Notes: generated from the sequence alone by a model not told the origin. Shown: positions 11,801 through 21,634, numbered from the stretch's first letter. The stretch: DNA of 53,760 nt from Mariniblastus sp. (GCA_041688615.1 JBDNHU010000229.1:1-53760); one strand, 5' to 3'. A program made the numbers and translations.

Positions 11801-13481
11801 TGCATTGCTGCGGGTTGAGGACGGTGGTCAGGTAAAGGCAGGCCAAGTGGTCTGTTCGTGGAACCCGTATTCGGTCCCGGTTTTGGCGGAAGTTTCTGGT
11901 CGTGTTCGATATGAAGACATTGTTGAAGGTGAAACAATGGCGATCGAAGACGATGGTTCGGGAACCGAGCGGAAGATTATTATCGCGCACAAGGGCGAAT
12001 TGCATCCGCACATCGTGATCGAAGATGCTGATGGAAAAGCTATGGACGTTTATTATCTTCCAGAGCGTTCAAACATCATGGTTCCTGAAGGTGATTCGGT
12101 CGCCGCAGGTACCAGCGTGGCAGAACTGCCCCGTGAAGCTTCGGGTACTTCGGACATCACCGGCGGTTTGCCTCGAGTCACCGAAATTTTCGAGGCTCGG
12201 AAGCCTAAGGACCCGGCAGTGGTCGCTGAGATTGACGGTGTTGTTGAAATTATGACAGAGAAGCGTCGCGGTAAGCGATCGATTGTCGTCAAGAGTGACA
12301 GTGGTGAAGAAATTGAACACTTGGTGCCGCCAGGTCGTCGTTTCCTCGTCCATTCGGGCGACCATGTCAAGGCTGGACAGTCATTGATCGATGGTCCTTT
12401 GGTGCCGCACGATATTTTACGAGTTTCGGGTGAAGAAGCGGTGCAAGATTACTTGCTGAATGAGATTCAAACCGTTTACCGGTCGCAACGGGTGGAAATT
12501 AACGATAAGCATATCGAGATCATTGTGGCTCGTATGTTGCGGAAAGTACGCATTGAAAAACCAGGCGACACTAGCCTGTTGCCAGGGTTGATTTGCGATC
12601 GTTTTGATTTCCGTCGCGTTAATGATGATTTGGCCAAGTGCGTCCGAGTGACGGACAAGGGCGATTCGGAATTTGCTGTTGATGCGATTGTGCCCAAGGA
12701 ACACTTCAATGAAGTGAACGACCAAATCGATAAGATTGGCGGAAAGCCAGGTAAGGGCGTTAAGCCCAAACCAGCCACCGCTTCGACTCAATTGTTGGGT
12801 ATCACGAAGGCTTCGGTGCAAAGCTCCAGCTTTATCTCGGCTGCGTCGTTCCAAGAAACGACCAAGGTTTTGACCGAGGCTGCTCTAGCCAGTAAGTCGG
12901 ATCGCTTGGTCGGTCTGAAAGAAAATGTGATTCTGGGTCACTTGATTCCAGCAGGTACTGGTTTCCGTAAGTATCTAGAGAGTCAGGTCCAGTACAATTT
13001 GGACGTGTTGTCAGAATTGGCCCAAGCTCCTGCCCAAACTTTGGAACAATCTTTCCCATTGTTGGAAGCTGGTTCCGCTGCGATGCCTGGCAATCCTGAA
13101 CCCATGGATGTGGACCATTCGGAATCAACGCTTCCAGATGCTGATTCGTTTATGATTGGCAGAAGTGATGACCCAATCGGACCTACGGATCTGGAATCTG
13201 CGTTGGGTGACTTGTTTGGTGCGGGACCTGCTACAGATCTGCCACCAAGTAACGGTTTACCTTCGTTTGATGATGATTTTGGCACCGAAAATTTAGGAAC
13301 CGAGAATTTTGGCACCGAGAATTTTGGCACCGAGAATTTAGGAACTGAGAATTTAGGAACTGAGAATTTAGGAACTGAGAATTTTGGCACCGAGAATTTA
13401 GGCACCGAGAATTTAGGTGACGAGAATTTAGACACCCAAAAGTTTGGTGATGAAAAGTTAGGTGAGGATTTGGACTTGTAA
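8826..13481 (+). CDS. rpoC: DNA-directed RNA polymerase subunit beta' with a ~165-aa acidic C-terminal extension ending in a pentapeptide repeat array
   Basis: 1551 aa. N-terminal Zn motif '[21 protein letters not shown]', catalytic '[14 protein letters not shown]', '[15 protein letters not shown]'. The conserved core ends near '[10 protein letters not shown]' (about nt 12960). Confidence 0.98.
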   Translation: MAVADSSYDRVNDYASVKISLARPQDIRGWSFGEVKKPETINYRTYRPEKDGLFCERIFGPEKDWECACGKYRGMKYKGMICDRCGVKVTHSRVRRKRMGHIELAAPVVHIWFFKAMPSRLGNLLNMKTTSLEKVIYFQDYVVTNAGETDLEVQQLLTEDEYREARTQFGDKAFEAEMGAEAIRKLLCRLNLVELSEKLRIELVETNSKQKRKDLTNRLKIVESIRDSENQPEWMVLDVIPVIPPDLRPLVLLDSGNFATSDLNDLYRRIINRNNRLRKLVDLNAPEVIIRNEKRMLQQSVDALFDNNRCKRPVLGSSNRPLKSLTDMIKGKQGRFRENLLGKRVDYSARSVIVVGPRLKLHQCGLPKKIALELFQPFIIRKLKEKGHADTIKSAKKMLERKDEEVWDILEQVIKNHPVLLNRAPTLHRMGIQAFEPILVEGNAINLHPLVCKGFNADFDGDQMAVHLPLSIEAQVEAHTLMMSTNNIFAPSNGKPIMSPSQDTVMGCYYITLPLPNQKGDGMKFGNFAEVEMAHSQDVLDMHATITLRLPKYQHNRSTEDERSVEAGERIQTTYGRLMFNMMLPAGLDYYNYTMKSGNLANVISDCYQDLGRRATIKLLDDMNQLGFRESTRSGLSFATDDLVTSEEKETVIGEADKEVVKLRKLYERGVITAKERYNKVLEAWTSARETITNNMMEAMKNDTRGDTGYVNPVYLMSDSGARGGREQIRQLAGMRGLMAKPSGEIIETPIKANFREGLNVLEYFSSTHGARKGLADTALKTADSGYLTRKLADVAQNVVVTMEDCGTKQGITKGVVYRGEQVEVRLSTAINGRVSLHNIVNPFTDEMIVRENEMITVESARKIEQIGLERIQVRGPMTCEASLGCCRRCYGMDMSTGAMVEEGMAVGIIGAQSIGEPGTQLTMRTFHIGGTATMTNIDSDAKARKAGTARFARMRFVPNLDGDNIVLTRNGEIQILDDRGREVEKHKVPAGALLRVEDGGQVKAGQVVCSWNPYSVPVLAEVSGRVRYEDIVEGETMAIEDDGSGTERKIIIAHKGELHPHIVIEDADGKAMDVYYLPERSNIMVPEGDSVAAGTSVAELPREASGTSDITGGLPRVTEIFEARKPKDPAVVAEIDGVVEIMTEKRRGKRSIVVKSDSGEEIEHLVPPGRRFLVHSGDHVKAGQSLIDGPLVPHDILRVSGEEAVQDYLLNEIQTVYRSQRVEINDKHIEIIVARMLRKVRIEKPGDTSLLPGLICDRFDFRRVNDDLAKCVRVTDKGDSEFAVDAIVPKEHFNEVNDQIDKIGGKPGKGVKPKPATASTQLLGITKASVQSSSFISAASFQETTKVLTEAALASKSDRLVGLKENVILGHLIPAGTGFRKYLESQVQYNLDVLSELAQAPAQTLEQSFPLLEAGSAAMPGNPEPMDVDHSESTLPDADSFMIGRSDDPIGPTDLESALGDLFGAGPATDLPPSNGLPSFDDDFGTENLGTENFGTENFGTENLGTENLGTENLGTENFGTENLGTENLGDENLDTQKFGDEKLGEDLDL
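13281..13460 (+). repeat. In-frame 15-bp tandem array (12 units, 9 near-identical) encoding (G-T-E-N-L/F)n at the RpoC C-terminus
   Basis: Units ggcaccgaaaattta / ggaaccgagaatttt / ggaactgagaattta ... give [45 protein letters not shown], then degenerate [15 protein letters not shown]. Units differ mostly at synonymous positions and at the L/F codon. Confidence 0.95.
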
Positions 13482-13517
13482 TTCTTAGTCCGAAATTTAG
13501 TCTGGGTTTGCACAACC

Positions 13518-13593
13518 AAGATTAATGATCGCCAAGATTAATGATCGCCAAGATTAATGATCGCCAAGATTAATGATCGCCAAGATTAATGAT
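13518..13593. repeat. Perfect 16-bp tandem repeat x4.75 (aagattaatgatcgcc), 37 nt downstream of the rpoC stop
   Basis: Direct reading: 4 identical units plus a 12-nt partial. Each unit contains ATTAAT and GATC. Confidence 0.95.
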
Positions 13594-13975
13594 AGACATC
13601 GAGATAGGGATCCCAATTGCTGGGTTCCCTATTTTTATGCGCGTATCGCCGCGTTGATGGTGTTCGCGGCGTTTAAACTGGATAATCAGCATTTTCAAGA
13701 CGGAGCAAAGCCCGCTTCGCGCTTTGGTATGCGACTTTGTAAATGTGCAGGTGAATTCAGATGCAGTCGTGCTCAATTGCATTAGCACTGGTATCATGGG
13801 AATTTGCTGAGGCCCATGATTGTATCGGGGGACTGAGGACACCTGGCGGAACCACAAGTTTTCTGTCTGTGGGACGTTATTTGTATTGTCCAGTTCTGGG
13901 TAGATACCTTGGTCAGCGGCGTAAATGCTTGCCATTTTTCATGACTGAATCCTTTCTGATCTGAGAGACGTTGTA

Positions 13976-14974
13976 ATGGGACGATCGCCTATTGGAAGTG
14001 AATTTTACATTGACGAAAGTCTGTATGGGCTTGATCAGATTGGGGCGGCTCATGATCGAATTGCTTCCAAAATTCATAGAACGCCGTTGCTGCAGAATCA
14101 GTGGTTGAACCAGGCATTTGATCGCCAGTTCTTTATCAAGTGTGAGAACTTGCAAAAAGGTGGAGCGTTCAAGATTCGCGGGGCGGTTAATTCCGTTTTA
14201 CAATTGTCCAACCAGCAGGCACTTCGTGGTGTGGTGACGCATAGTTCTGGCAATCATGCTCAGGCGTTGGCGATCGCGGCCAAAGCGTGTGGCATTGCCT
14301 GCACGGTGGTGATGCCCAAGAGTTCGCCTTCGGTGAAAATTCAGGCGACTCGTGATTACGGCGCAACGGTAATTTTGTGCGAACCGAATCAGGCTGCCAG
14401 GATTTCTTCAACTCAGCAAGTGATTGATCAGACGGGTGCTACGTTGGTCCATCCGTTTGATCAAGTGAATATTATCTTGGGGCAAGCCACGGTTGCAAAA
14501 GAAATGCTGGAAGAGCAACCGGAGCTTAAGATCTTGGTGGCCCCAGTTGGTGGCGGTGGATTGTTGGCTGGAACTTGCTTGTATGCCAAGCAATTCTCGG
14601 CCGATCCGGAAGTTAGAATCTTGGCTTCAGAGCCTGAAGGAGCCGACGACGCCTATCGTAGTTTGCGCACCCAGCAGCGGATCACCGAACAAGTTCCCAA
14701 TACAATCGCCGACGGCTTGTTAACTACCTTGGGCGAGCTGACATGGCCGATTATCCAAGGATTGGTCGATGACATCGTGACCGTATCGGACGATGAAATT
14801 CAAGAAGCGATGAAGATTTATTGGGAACGAATGAAGTTGGTTGTGGAACCAAGTGGCGCCGTACCCTTGGCGGCGGTGATAAAGGCGATCCATACTTCGC
14901 TGATTGAAACCGATCCTGGCGACAAAATCGGAATCATGATTTCCGGTGGTAATCGAGTCTTTGCGGGTGTTTGA
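13976..14974 (+). CDS. PLP-dependent serine/threonine dehydratase (threonine ammonia-lyase / serine-racemase-like, fold-type II)
   Basis: 332 aa. PLP-lysine motif 'KCENLQKGGAFKIRGA', 'SSGNHAQALA', glycine loop 'VGGGGLLAG'. No C-terminal ACT regulatory domain (catabolic-type length). Confidence 0.85.
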   Translation: MGRSPIGSEFYIDESLYGLDQIGAAHDRIASKIHRTPLLQNQWLNQAFDRQFFIKCENLQKGGAFKIRGAVNSVLQLSNQQALRGVVTHSSGNHAQALAIAAKACGIACTVVMPKSSPSVKIQATRDYGATVILCEPNQAARISSTQQVIDQTGATLVHPFDQVNIILGQATVAKEMLEEQPELKILVAPVGGGGLLAGTCLYAKQFSADPEVRILASEPEGADDAYRSLRTQQRITEQVPNTIADGLLTTLGELTWPIIQGLVDDIVTVSDDEIQEAMKIYWERMKLVVEPSGAVPLAAVIKAIHTSLIETDPGDKIGIMISGGNRVFAGV

Positions 14975-15039
14975 CGAGGTCGAAGTGTTAGGTTAGTTCT
15001 AAGTGCATTTTGTAAAAGCTTTAGACTGGAGTCACGCAA

Positions 15040-17832
15040 TTGGATTCAATCAATCGACTTGATCGGCAACATTTGGCCGGCCTTTTAGAGACTCAGTTGT
15101 CTGCCACGATCCACGATTGGTTGCCATCGGTTATTGAGAACTTGCCTGATGAACTTTTGCAGACGGCCAATCAAGATGATTTGTTGTTGCAGATCAAGGC
15201 CTTGCTGTTGCTGCAACAGGGCGAGCTTCAGCAAGAGCTACTGCTGAGCAATTCCCGCGGGAATCGAGTGACGGTGATTGCGTTGGACAATCGCCCTGGA
15301 TTCTTGGCGGGTTTGTTAACTCGTCTACCATCACATCGTCCGCTGGTGAGTGCTCAGATTTTCTCGTCGAAAGATCGACGGTTCATTATTGACGTTTTTG
15401 AGTTTGCTGATGCAGAAGTCAAGGCCGCAATCAAGCCCTTGGATGACGCGACGATTCAACAGTATGTATCTTCCATCGCCCAACAACGAACCGCTGATGG
15501 GCAGACGGTCTTGGAATTTCTCAATGCGATCGGTTCGCACAACCGTCAGTATTCGATGCACATAATAGGGCGGCAGTTTGACGTCTACGCCAAGACGGTG
15601 AATTCTGATCGAGCGCAGGTGGTTGTCGACATTAGTAGTGACGCACAAAATTGCCTGCTAGTTGGCATGGGGAATTCGCAGACGAGACAACTGTTGGAAC
15701 GGGTGACTCAGTTTTTGGCAGGTCTTGCAATTTCGATTGCCAGTGCCACATGTGACGATATTTTGGTAGGCAGCAACAACCCAGTTGCGTTGTTGACCTT
15801 GCGTCTGGAGCACGACTTTCAAACGGAACACATTGGGCCACTTCTACGCTTTCTTTCAGTTGATGACGAGGTCATTCAACGAGTCGCCAATGATGCGGTC
15901 CCAAATAACGATGTGCTGTTTCACGAAGTCTTGTTGTCGATGGCGCATTTGGTCTGTTATCGCTTAAGCCGTTCCGCGAATTTTAGAGTGTCTTTTGAAG
16001 AAGTGGTTCGGATTTTGGAACGCTTTCCTGCGATCCAACGGCAGTGTGTTCATGCGGTGCTTTTCCGATTCGGTCAAGCGGTCGAGTTACAGAAGAATGT
16101 TGATTTTGACCCTCGCAGAGACACAAATGAGCTGACCGAACGAAACGTGCTGCAAGCATTCTTAGAGTTGCCAGGCTTGTTGCAGAAGTCGAATTTGGTT
16201 GTCTCGGATCGTCAATGTCTAGCGTTTCGAGTGGCGTCGAATTTTTTTGAGGTGGATGAGAATTTCGACTTGCCGTTTGGGATTTTCTATGTCTATGGCA
16301 ATGGGTTTGACGGTTTTCACTTACGTTTTCGTGATGTTGCACGAGGCGGCATGCGTTTGGTGCGCACTCGGAATCGGGAACACTACCTCTTTGAAAGTCA
16401 GAGGTTGTTTACTGAGGTTTTCGACCTGGCGTGGGCTCAGAACTTAAAGAACAAAGATATCCCTGAAGGCGGTGCCAAGGCAGTTGTGATGGTAAAGCCA
16501 GGCATCGATCCGGTAAAGATTGGTCGACGTTTCGTCGATGCACTTTTGGATTTAACTTTGCCATCGTATGCGAACCTTCATCTTTACTACACTGACCCAG
16601 AATATCTTTATCTTGGCCCAGACGAAAATGTCACGCCAGAATTAATTGATTGGATTGTCGAGAATGCTCGGACCCGCGGTTACCCCTTTTTTAACACATT
16701 CATTAGTTCCAAACCAAAGTTAGGAATTAACCATAAACAGTATGGTGTCACAAGTGAAGGCGTGATTGTATTCCTGACGCAGTGCCTTAAAGAAAAAGGG
16801 ATTGATCCCACCAAGGACCGTTTCACGGTGAAGTTGACCGGCGGTCCAGACGGAGACGTAGGTGGGAACGCCATACGATTCCTGATTCGTGATTTTGGAG
16901 AACGAGTCAAAATTGTGGCCGTTGCTGACGGCAGCGGATGTGCAATCGACCCTGTTGGTTTACAGCATACTGCGCTAATGCGATTGGTGGATTCGGGGCA
17001 AGCGATCGCGATGCTGAATCCATCTTCGCTATCTAAAGAAGGTAGCATTAGTGGCGTTCAGACTTTGGAGCAGCAGAGTTTACGCAATAACTTGCATTTT
17101 CGAATTCAATCCGATGTGTTTTTGCCCTGCGGCGGTCGTCCGGGTTCGATCAACCAATTCAATGTCGAAATGTTCTTTCGGTCAAACGGCCAGCCGTTGT
17201 CGGAAATTATCGTCGAGGGTGCCAATCTATTTATCACGCCGGTAGCCAGGAAAATCCTTTCTGACCGCGGTGTTTGGGTGATTAAAGATTCTTCGGCGAA
17301 CAAATGTGGTGTGATCTGTAGCAGTTTCGAAATTATCGCTGGGATGTTGTTAAATGATGATCAGTTTTTGGCCATCAAGCCCGATTACGTCCGGCAGGTG
17401 ATCGCTACTTTAAAGCGATTAGCCGAAGTAGAAGCCATTAGCTTGTTTCAAGAACGTCGCCGCCAACCGCTACTTTCATTTCCAGAAATTAGCGTGATGG
17501 TCAGTCAGCAAATCATCGAAGTAGCGCAGGTGATCGAGTCGCAAATGCCCAAGTGGACGTCACAACATTGGGCTGCTGCGGTTCAGAAAGCCCAAGCCAA
17601 CCTTCCGGCATCGTTGCTGGCGGTCGCGAGTGAAAACCCGCTTGGGTTGTTGCCCGAAGCCTATCGCAGGCAGATGGTTTCTGCCCTGCTGGCGAGTCGT
17701 TTAGTGTATCGCGAAGGCTGTCGGAACCTAGAACTGATGACGCCTGACACTTTAGGGAAATTGGCGGTTGAAGATCTGGTAAGTCCAGTCCATCCCGCCG
17801 CTTCGTCCCTAAGTGTAGACGCAAATTCTTAG
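15040..17832 (+). CDS. Large NAD-specific glutamate dehydrogenase-like protein (Glu/Leu/Phe/Val dehydrogenase superfamily, ~100 kDa class); TTG start as given by the ORF track
   Basis: 930 aa. The central block 'VARGGMRLVRTRNREHYLFESQRLFTEVFDLAWAQNLKNKDIPEGGAKAVVMV' and the dinucleotide-fold block 'KLTGGPDGDVGGNA' resemble, from memory, the catalytic core of large bacterial NAD-GDHs. The N-terminal ~400 aa has no motif I recognise. Confidence 0.65.
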   Translation: MDSINRLDRQHLAGLLETQLSATIHDWLPSVIENLPDELLQTANQDDLLLQIKALLLLQQGELQQELLLSNSRGNRVTVIALDNRPGFLAGLLTRLPSHRPLVSAQIFSSKDRRFIIDVFEFADAEVKAAIKPLDDATIQQYVSSIAQQRTADGQTVLEFLNAIGSHNRQYSMHIIGRQFDVYAKTVNSDRAQVVVDISSDAQNCLLVGMGNSQTRQLLERVTQFLAGLAISIASATCDDILVGSNNPVALLTLRLEHDFQTEHIGPLLRFLSVDDEVIQRVANDAVPNNDVLFHEVLLSMAHLVCYRLSRSANFRVSFEEVVRILERFPAIQRQCVHAVLFRFGQAVELQKNVDFDPRRDTNELTERNVLQAFLELPGLLQKSNLVVSDRQCLAFRVASNFFEVDENFDLPFGIFYVYGNGFDGFHLRFRDVARGGMRLVRTRNREHYLFESQRLFTEVFDLAWAQNLKNKDIPEGGAKAVVMVKPGIDPVKIGRRFVDALLDLTLPSYANLHLYYTDPEYLYLGPDENVTPELIDWIVENARTRGYPFFNTFISSKPKLGINHKQYGVTSEGVIVFLTQCLKEKGIDPTKDRFTVKLTGGPDGDVGGNAIRFLIRDFGERVKIVAVADGSGCAIDPVGLQHTALMRLVDSGQAIAMLNPSSLSKEGSISGVQTLEQQSLRNNLHFRIQSDVFLPCGGRPGSINQFNVEMFFRSNGQPLSEIIVEGANLFITPVARKILSDRGVWVIKDSSANKCGVICSSFEIIAGMLLNDDQFLAIKPDYVRQVIATLKRLAEVEAISLFQERRRQPLLSFPEISVMVSQQIIEVAQVIESQMPKWTSQHWAAAVQKAQANLPASLLAVASENPLGLLPEAYRRQMVSALLASRLVYREGCRNLELMTPDTLGKLAVEDLVSPVHPAASSLSVDANS

Positions 17833-17853
17833 TCGTCGAAATTCGCTTGGGGC

Positions 17854-19215
17854 CTAGCCGCCTAGTCCGGCAAGCCGCCCATTGCTGTCACCAAGGCGGT
17901 CAACCGAAACGTCCATTCGGTCCAACATCGAAAGATAGAGGTTGGTCAAAGGCGTTTCGCGATCGTAGCGAATGTGGCGACCAGGTGTAATCGCTCCGCC
18001 GCCCCGTCCAAGCAAAACGATAGGAAGATCTTCATGGTTATGTCGATCTCCATCGCCGATGCCGCTGCCGTAGACAACCATGGAATTATCCAGTAACGTT
18101 CCATCGCCTTCTTTTACCGACGACATTTTAGTTAGGAAATAGTTTAGCAACCGAGCGTGGTAGCGATTGATCTTCGAAATTCCCACCTGCTTGTCTTTAT
18201 TTCCTCCGTGGTGTGACAAGTCGTGGTGACCTTCTGGGACTTCAACTTCGCGATAACTGCGATTGCTACCTGCGTTTGAAAACATGAAAGTTGAAATCCG
18301 AGTAGCATCCGTTTGAAACGCTAGGATCATCATGTCCATTTGCAGCTTGACATGTTCCTCGTATTCACGCGGGACGCCTTCAGGGCGTTCGAAGTCGTTC
18401 ATGTCCAAATCTGCGTGGCTAAGTTTATCGGCTCGGCTGATTCGATTTTCAATTTCGCGAACAGCAAACAGATACTCATCTAGCTTTCGCTGGTCATTTG
18501 CGCCCAGGGCTCGGTGAAGTGACTTGGCATCCTCCATAACATAGTCCAGCACGCTCTTGCGATTCTTGTTGCGGCTGGCCAATTGGCTGGGCGATAGTTT
18601 TTGTGCAGAACCAGAAAATAGTCGATCAAAGACTAACGAAGGATCCACCTCTTTGGCGACGGGGCTGGTAGCGGTTCGCCAAGACATGTTCGAGGTGTAA
18701 GCGCAACTGTATCCTGAATCGCATTTGCCCGCTGGCGCACTTGCTTCGGTCCCCAATTCAAGTGAGGGAAGCCGAGTCAGGTTCCCGATCTTTCTGGCCG
18801 CAACTTGATCAACGCTGACGCCGTTCATGATATTAGCGCCGTCGGTTTTCCGAGGGTGAGCCCCGGTCAAGAAAGCAGCAACGCTTCGAGCGTGGTCACC
18901 ACCACCGTCGCCCAGAGCACGAGCCCCGTTAAGCGCCAACCCGCTAAGGACGGTCATTTCATTTCGAAAGCCACCGAATTCATTCAGAATCGGTGTCATT
19001 TCGAAGTCTCGGCCTTCTTTCTTAGGCGTCCAATCATCCATGTGCATTCCGTTGGGCACATACAAAAATGCCATTCGTTTTGGCGCCGCGACGCTGCCCA
19101 GGTTTGATTTAGCTCCGCCAAAAACCTGAGTGCTTGTCGCCTCGAGCCATGGCAACGCCAGCATGGTTCCCAATCCACGAAGAACAGTTCGGCGATTAAT
19201 GTGGTTGTGATGCAT
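17854..19215 (-). CDS. DUF1552-family protein with Tat-like signal (ORF open to 19260; ATG at 19215 preferred)
   Basis: 'MHHNHINRRTVLRGLGTMLALPWLE' is a twin-arginine-type leader. 'HHDLSHHG' and the overall pattern are typical of planctomycete DUF1552. The ATG at 19215 lies 4 nt after the upstream gene's TAA, with AAGGA upstream. It is paired with the DUF1592 gene. Confidence 0.8.
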   Translation of the reverse strand: MHHNHINRRTVLRGLGTMLALPWLEATSTQVFGGAKSNLGSVAAPKRMAFLYVPNGMHMDDWTPKKEGRDFEMTPILNEFGGFRNEMTVLSGLALNGARALGDGGGDHARSVAAFLTGAHPRKTDGANIMNGVSVDQVAARKIGNLTRLPSLELGTEASAPAGKCDSGYSCAYTSNMSWRTATSPVAKEVDPSLVFDRLFSGSAQKLSPSQLASRNKNRKSVLDYVMEDAKSLHRALGANDQRKLDEYLFAVREIENRISRADKLSHADLDMNDFERPEGVPREYEEHVKLQMDMMILAFQTDATRISTFMFSNAGSNRSYREVEVPEGHHDLSHHGGNKDKQVGISKINRYHARLLNYFLTKMSSVKEGDGTLLDNSMVVYGSGIGDGDRHNHEDLPIVLLGRGGGAITPGRHIRYDRETPLTNLYLSMLDRMDVSVDRLGDSNGRLAGLGG

Positions 19216-19219
19216 GGAA

Positions 19220-21634
19220 TTATTCCTTGATTTTGCTTTGTCGCTGACGGAATGGTGCACTTTGGACGATTCCCAGAACTAATTCAGAAATTCGATATTC
19301 GTTCTCTTGCAAACGTTTGACAATATCATTGACCGCACATTGATCTTCGTATCGCAGTCCACGGCCAAGAGCATAGGTTAACATTTTTTGAGTCAAACAT
19401 CGAACAAATTTGTCCTTTTGTTGATTCGTTAAAATTTTCTTCAATTCACTAATGCCATTGAAATTTTCGCCTGAAGGCAGAACGCCACTGGCGTCAATAT
19501 TGCTTTTACCGTCCTTTTCACGCCACCGACCTACCGCGTCAAAATTTTCTAGTGCGAACCCAAGTGGGTCCATTAACTGATGGCAGGACGCGCAACTGGG
19601 ATCTGCCCGATGTTGTTCCATTTGTTCCCGAAGCGTCCCTTTAAGTTCCTGTTTGTCCAAAGGAACCACATCGGGGGCGGCCGGCGGCGGTGGTTCGCCC
19701 AGCATATTCTCCATAATCCATTTTCCCCGCTTTACGGGGCTGGTTCGAGTGGGATTGCTGGTGACTGACAGAATGCTTGCATGCGTTAAAAGACCGCCGC
19801 GTTGGCTACCGGCGAGGCTGACTTTCACAAATTCTGCTTTGTTTTCGGGGACTCCGGCCAGGCTGTAATGCTTGGCTAGGCGGCCGTTTACAAACGTAAA
19901 GTCAGCGTCTAGCAATTCCAATATGCTCTTGTCTGCCCGTAATATTTCCCGACAGAATAGTTCGGTTTCCTTCCGCATGTCTGCCAGCAATTCGGCGTCG
20001 ACGCCTTGGAACCTTTGAGGATCCGGTTGGAAATCAGCCAATGCACGAAGTTGCAACCACTGGACGGCAAAGTTTTCAACCAATTGTTCCGACCGATCCG
20101 ACTGAAGCAAGCGTTGAACTTGTGTCTTCAAAATCGCAGGCTCTTGCAGGTCCTGTTGGGCGGCCGCCCGCAAAAGTAAGTCGTCGGGAGTTGTGCCCCA
20201 AATGAAATACGAAAGGCTGGTCGCTAATTCAAAATTCGTCAAGTCTCTGGGGGATCCATCTTCAGGTGCCGGGCGCTCTACTTTATACAGAAACTTGGGT
20301 GAGACTAAGATTGCTTGCAAGGCAACTTGCATTGCTTGTTCAAAGGAAGATCCGTCTTTGCGGACCGACGAATAAATCTCACTCAAGGCTTGCACTTCAT
20401 GAGGTGCGGTTGGACGGCGAAAAAATCGGCTACTCCAAACGCTAAGCAGTCGGGAAGCAAACGCTTCCTCTTCAGACTTCTTCTTGGGGTACGTGAAAAA
20501 GAAACGTTTGTGTAAGTCCGAATTGGCGAGATTGAATTCTCTTGGTCCAACAATCGTCAAGCGTTTCAGGAAGAGGTTTCGGTCGTTGCGACCCTTGGGT
20601 CCTTTTTCGTCGTAATAATCATTATCAAAAGAAACGCCAATCTTCCGCTTACCGGCCTTAATGCGTTGCACGGTGGAAACCGTTTCAAACTTTTCGTGAT
20701 CCTTGATGGAAAAACTTTTTTCAGCTTGGCCGTCAATATAGACCGTCATTTTACAAGGTTCGGGTCCTGCTTGTTCCGCAGTCAGGGACACTCGAATTTC
20801 GTACTCACCGCCGGCTTCAAATTCCTTTTCGAAAGTAACGGTTCCGTCGGAGAAGAACGTCAGTTCTGCGCCATCGTTATTGACGCCTCCCTCCCGTTTT
20901 CCGCTAGCCAAGGGCAGGTCGATTGATGGAGGCACAAAATTTTCGGGCGTGTGGATGACGTTCGCGGTGATCACCTCGGCCGCATCCAAGTACTTTTCCA
21001 TCAGGACCGGTGGCAAACTAAGAACGTCACCAATGTTGTCAAAACCGTAGCCGGTATCGTCGCCAGGAAACGCCATTGCTGGACTGTAATCGTACCCCAG
21101 TAGATCGCGGATCGAATTGCGATATTCAAGCTTGGTCAATCTGCGAATCGTCACTTCGCCCGGGAAGATCGCGTCCGAACAATCAATCTTATGCAAAGCG
21201 TCGTCAACCCATTGTGCCAACCACTCCTTCTCGTCCTCGGGCAATTCGCTTGCATCCGCCGGAGGCATCGATCCGCTGGCAATTCGTTGAAGAACTTTCT
21301 CCCAAATATCGCTTTCGAAACGGACGCTGCCTAACGTTTTAAAATGTTCTAGGTTTAAGCCCGCTTCTGGTTCTGAATGACCATGGCAATCCAGGCAGTG
21401 CTCCTGCAACAATCCCATTGCTCGACCGTCAATCGGTTCCGAATCCTTCTGAGCCCAAACCATCGGTGTAGTGGCAAACGCCAGAAGGAAAAAGGCAACC
21501 GATATTGCTTGGCACAATGAAAAAACGCGGCTGGACGTAAGAAACATCATTTGGACAGCAGGGCCAATAGGGTTCAACACGCAACGATACGCAGAAATCT
21601 GATTTCGTCCGACATTCTCTTTTTTTGGGTTCAT
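19220..21634 (-). CDS. Planctomycete cytochrome-c-domain protein of the DUF1587/DUF1592/DUF1595/DUF1588/DUF1585 family (probable start at 21550, 'MMFLTS...')
   Basis: 804-aa ORF. Signal peptide 'MMFLTSSRVFSLCQAISVAFFLLAFATTPMVWAQ'. N-terminal heme motif 'CLDCHG'. C-terminal 'HRADPSCASCHQLMDPLGFALENFDAVGRWRE' (DUF1585-type) and 'PVKRGKWIMENMLGEPPPPAAPDV'. Confidence 0.85.
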   Translation of the reverse strand: MNPKKENVGRNQISAYRCVLNPIGPAVQMMFLTSSRVFSLCQAISVAFFLLAFATTPMVWAQKDSEPIDGRAMGLLQEHCLDCHGHSEPEAGLNLEHFKTLGSVRFESDIWEKVLQRIASGSMPPADASELPEDEKEWLAQWVDDALHKIDCSDAIFPGEVTIRRLTKLEYRNSIRDLLGYDYSPAMAFPGDDTGYGFDNIGDVLSLPPVLMEKYLDAAEVITANVIHTPENFVPPSIDLPLASGKREGGVNNDGAELTFFSDGTVTFEKEFEAGGEYEIRVSLTAEQAGPEPCKMTVYIDGQAEKSFSIKDHEKFETVSTVQRIKAGKRKIGVSFDNDYYDEKGPKGRNDRNLFLKRLTIVGPREFNLANSDLHKRFFFTYPKKKSEEEAFASRLLSVWSSRFFRRPTAPHEVQALSEIYSSVRKDGSSFEQAMQVALQAILVSPKFLYKVERPAPEDGSPRDLTNFELATSLSYFIWGTTPDDLLLRAAAQQDLQEPAILKTQVQRLLQSDRSEQLVENFAVQWLQLRALADFQPDPQRFQGVDAELLADMRKETELFCREILRADKSILELLDADFTFVNGRLAKHYSLAGVPENKAEFVKVSLAGSQRGGLLTHASILSVTSNPTRTSPVKRGKWIMENMLGEPPPPAAPDVVPLDKQELKGTLREQMEQHRADPSCASCHQLMDPLGFALENFDAVGRWREKDGKSNIDASGVLPSGENFNGISELKKILTNQQKDKFVRCLTQKMLTYALGRGLRYEDQCAVNDIVKRLQENEYRISELVLGIVQSAPFRQRQSKIKE

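Noticed and set aside
8871-13519. Minus-strand ORFs inside rpoC, including 12983..13519 with a '[10 protein letters not shown]' repeat and 13231..13515 with '[10 protein letters not shown]'
   Set aside because: They are mirror images of the rpoC frame. The apparent peptide repeats are just the reverse complement of the GTEN[LF] 15-bp array.
19216-19260. 41-bp overlap between the DUF1552 ORF (start 19260) and the end of the DUF1592-family gene
   Set aside because: An internal ATG at 19215, just before the Tat-like 'NRRTVLRG' leader and 4 nt after the upstream stop with an AAGGA SD, explains the arrangement without overlap. The longer N-terminus adds only 15 non-conserved residues.
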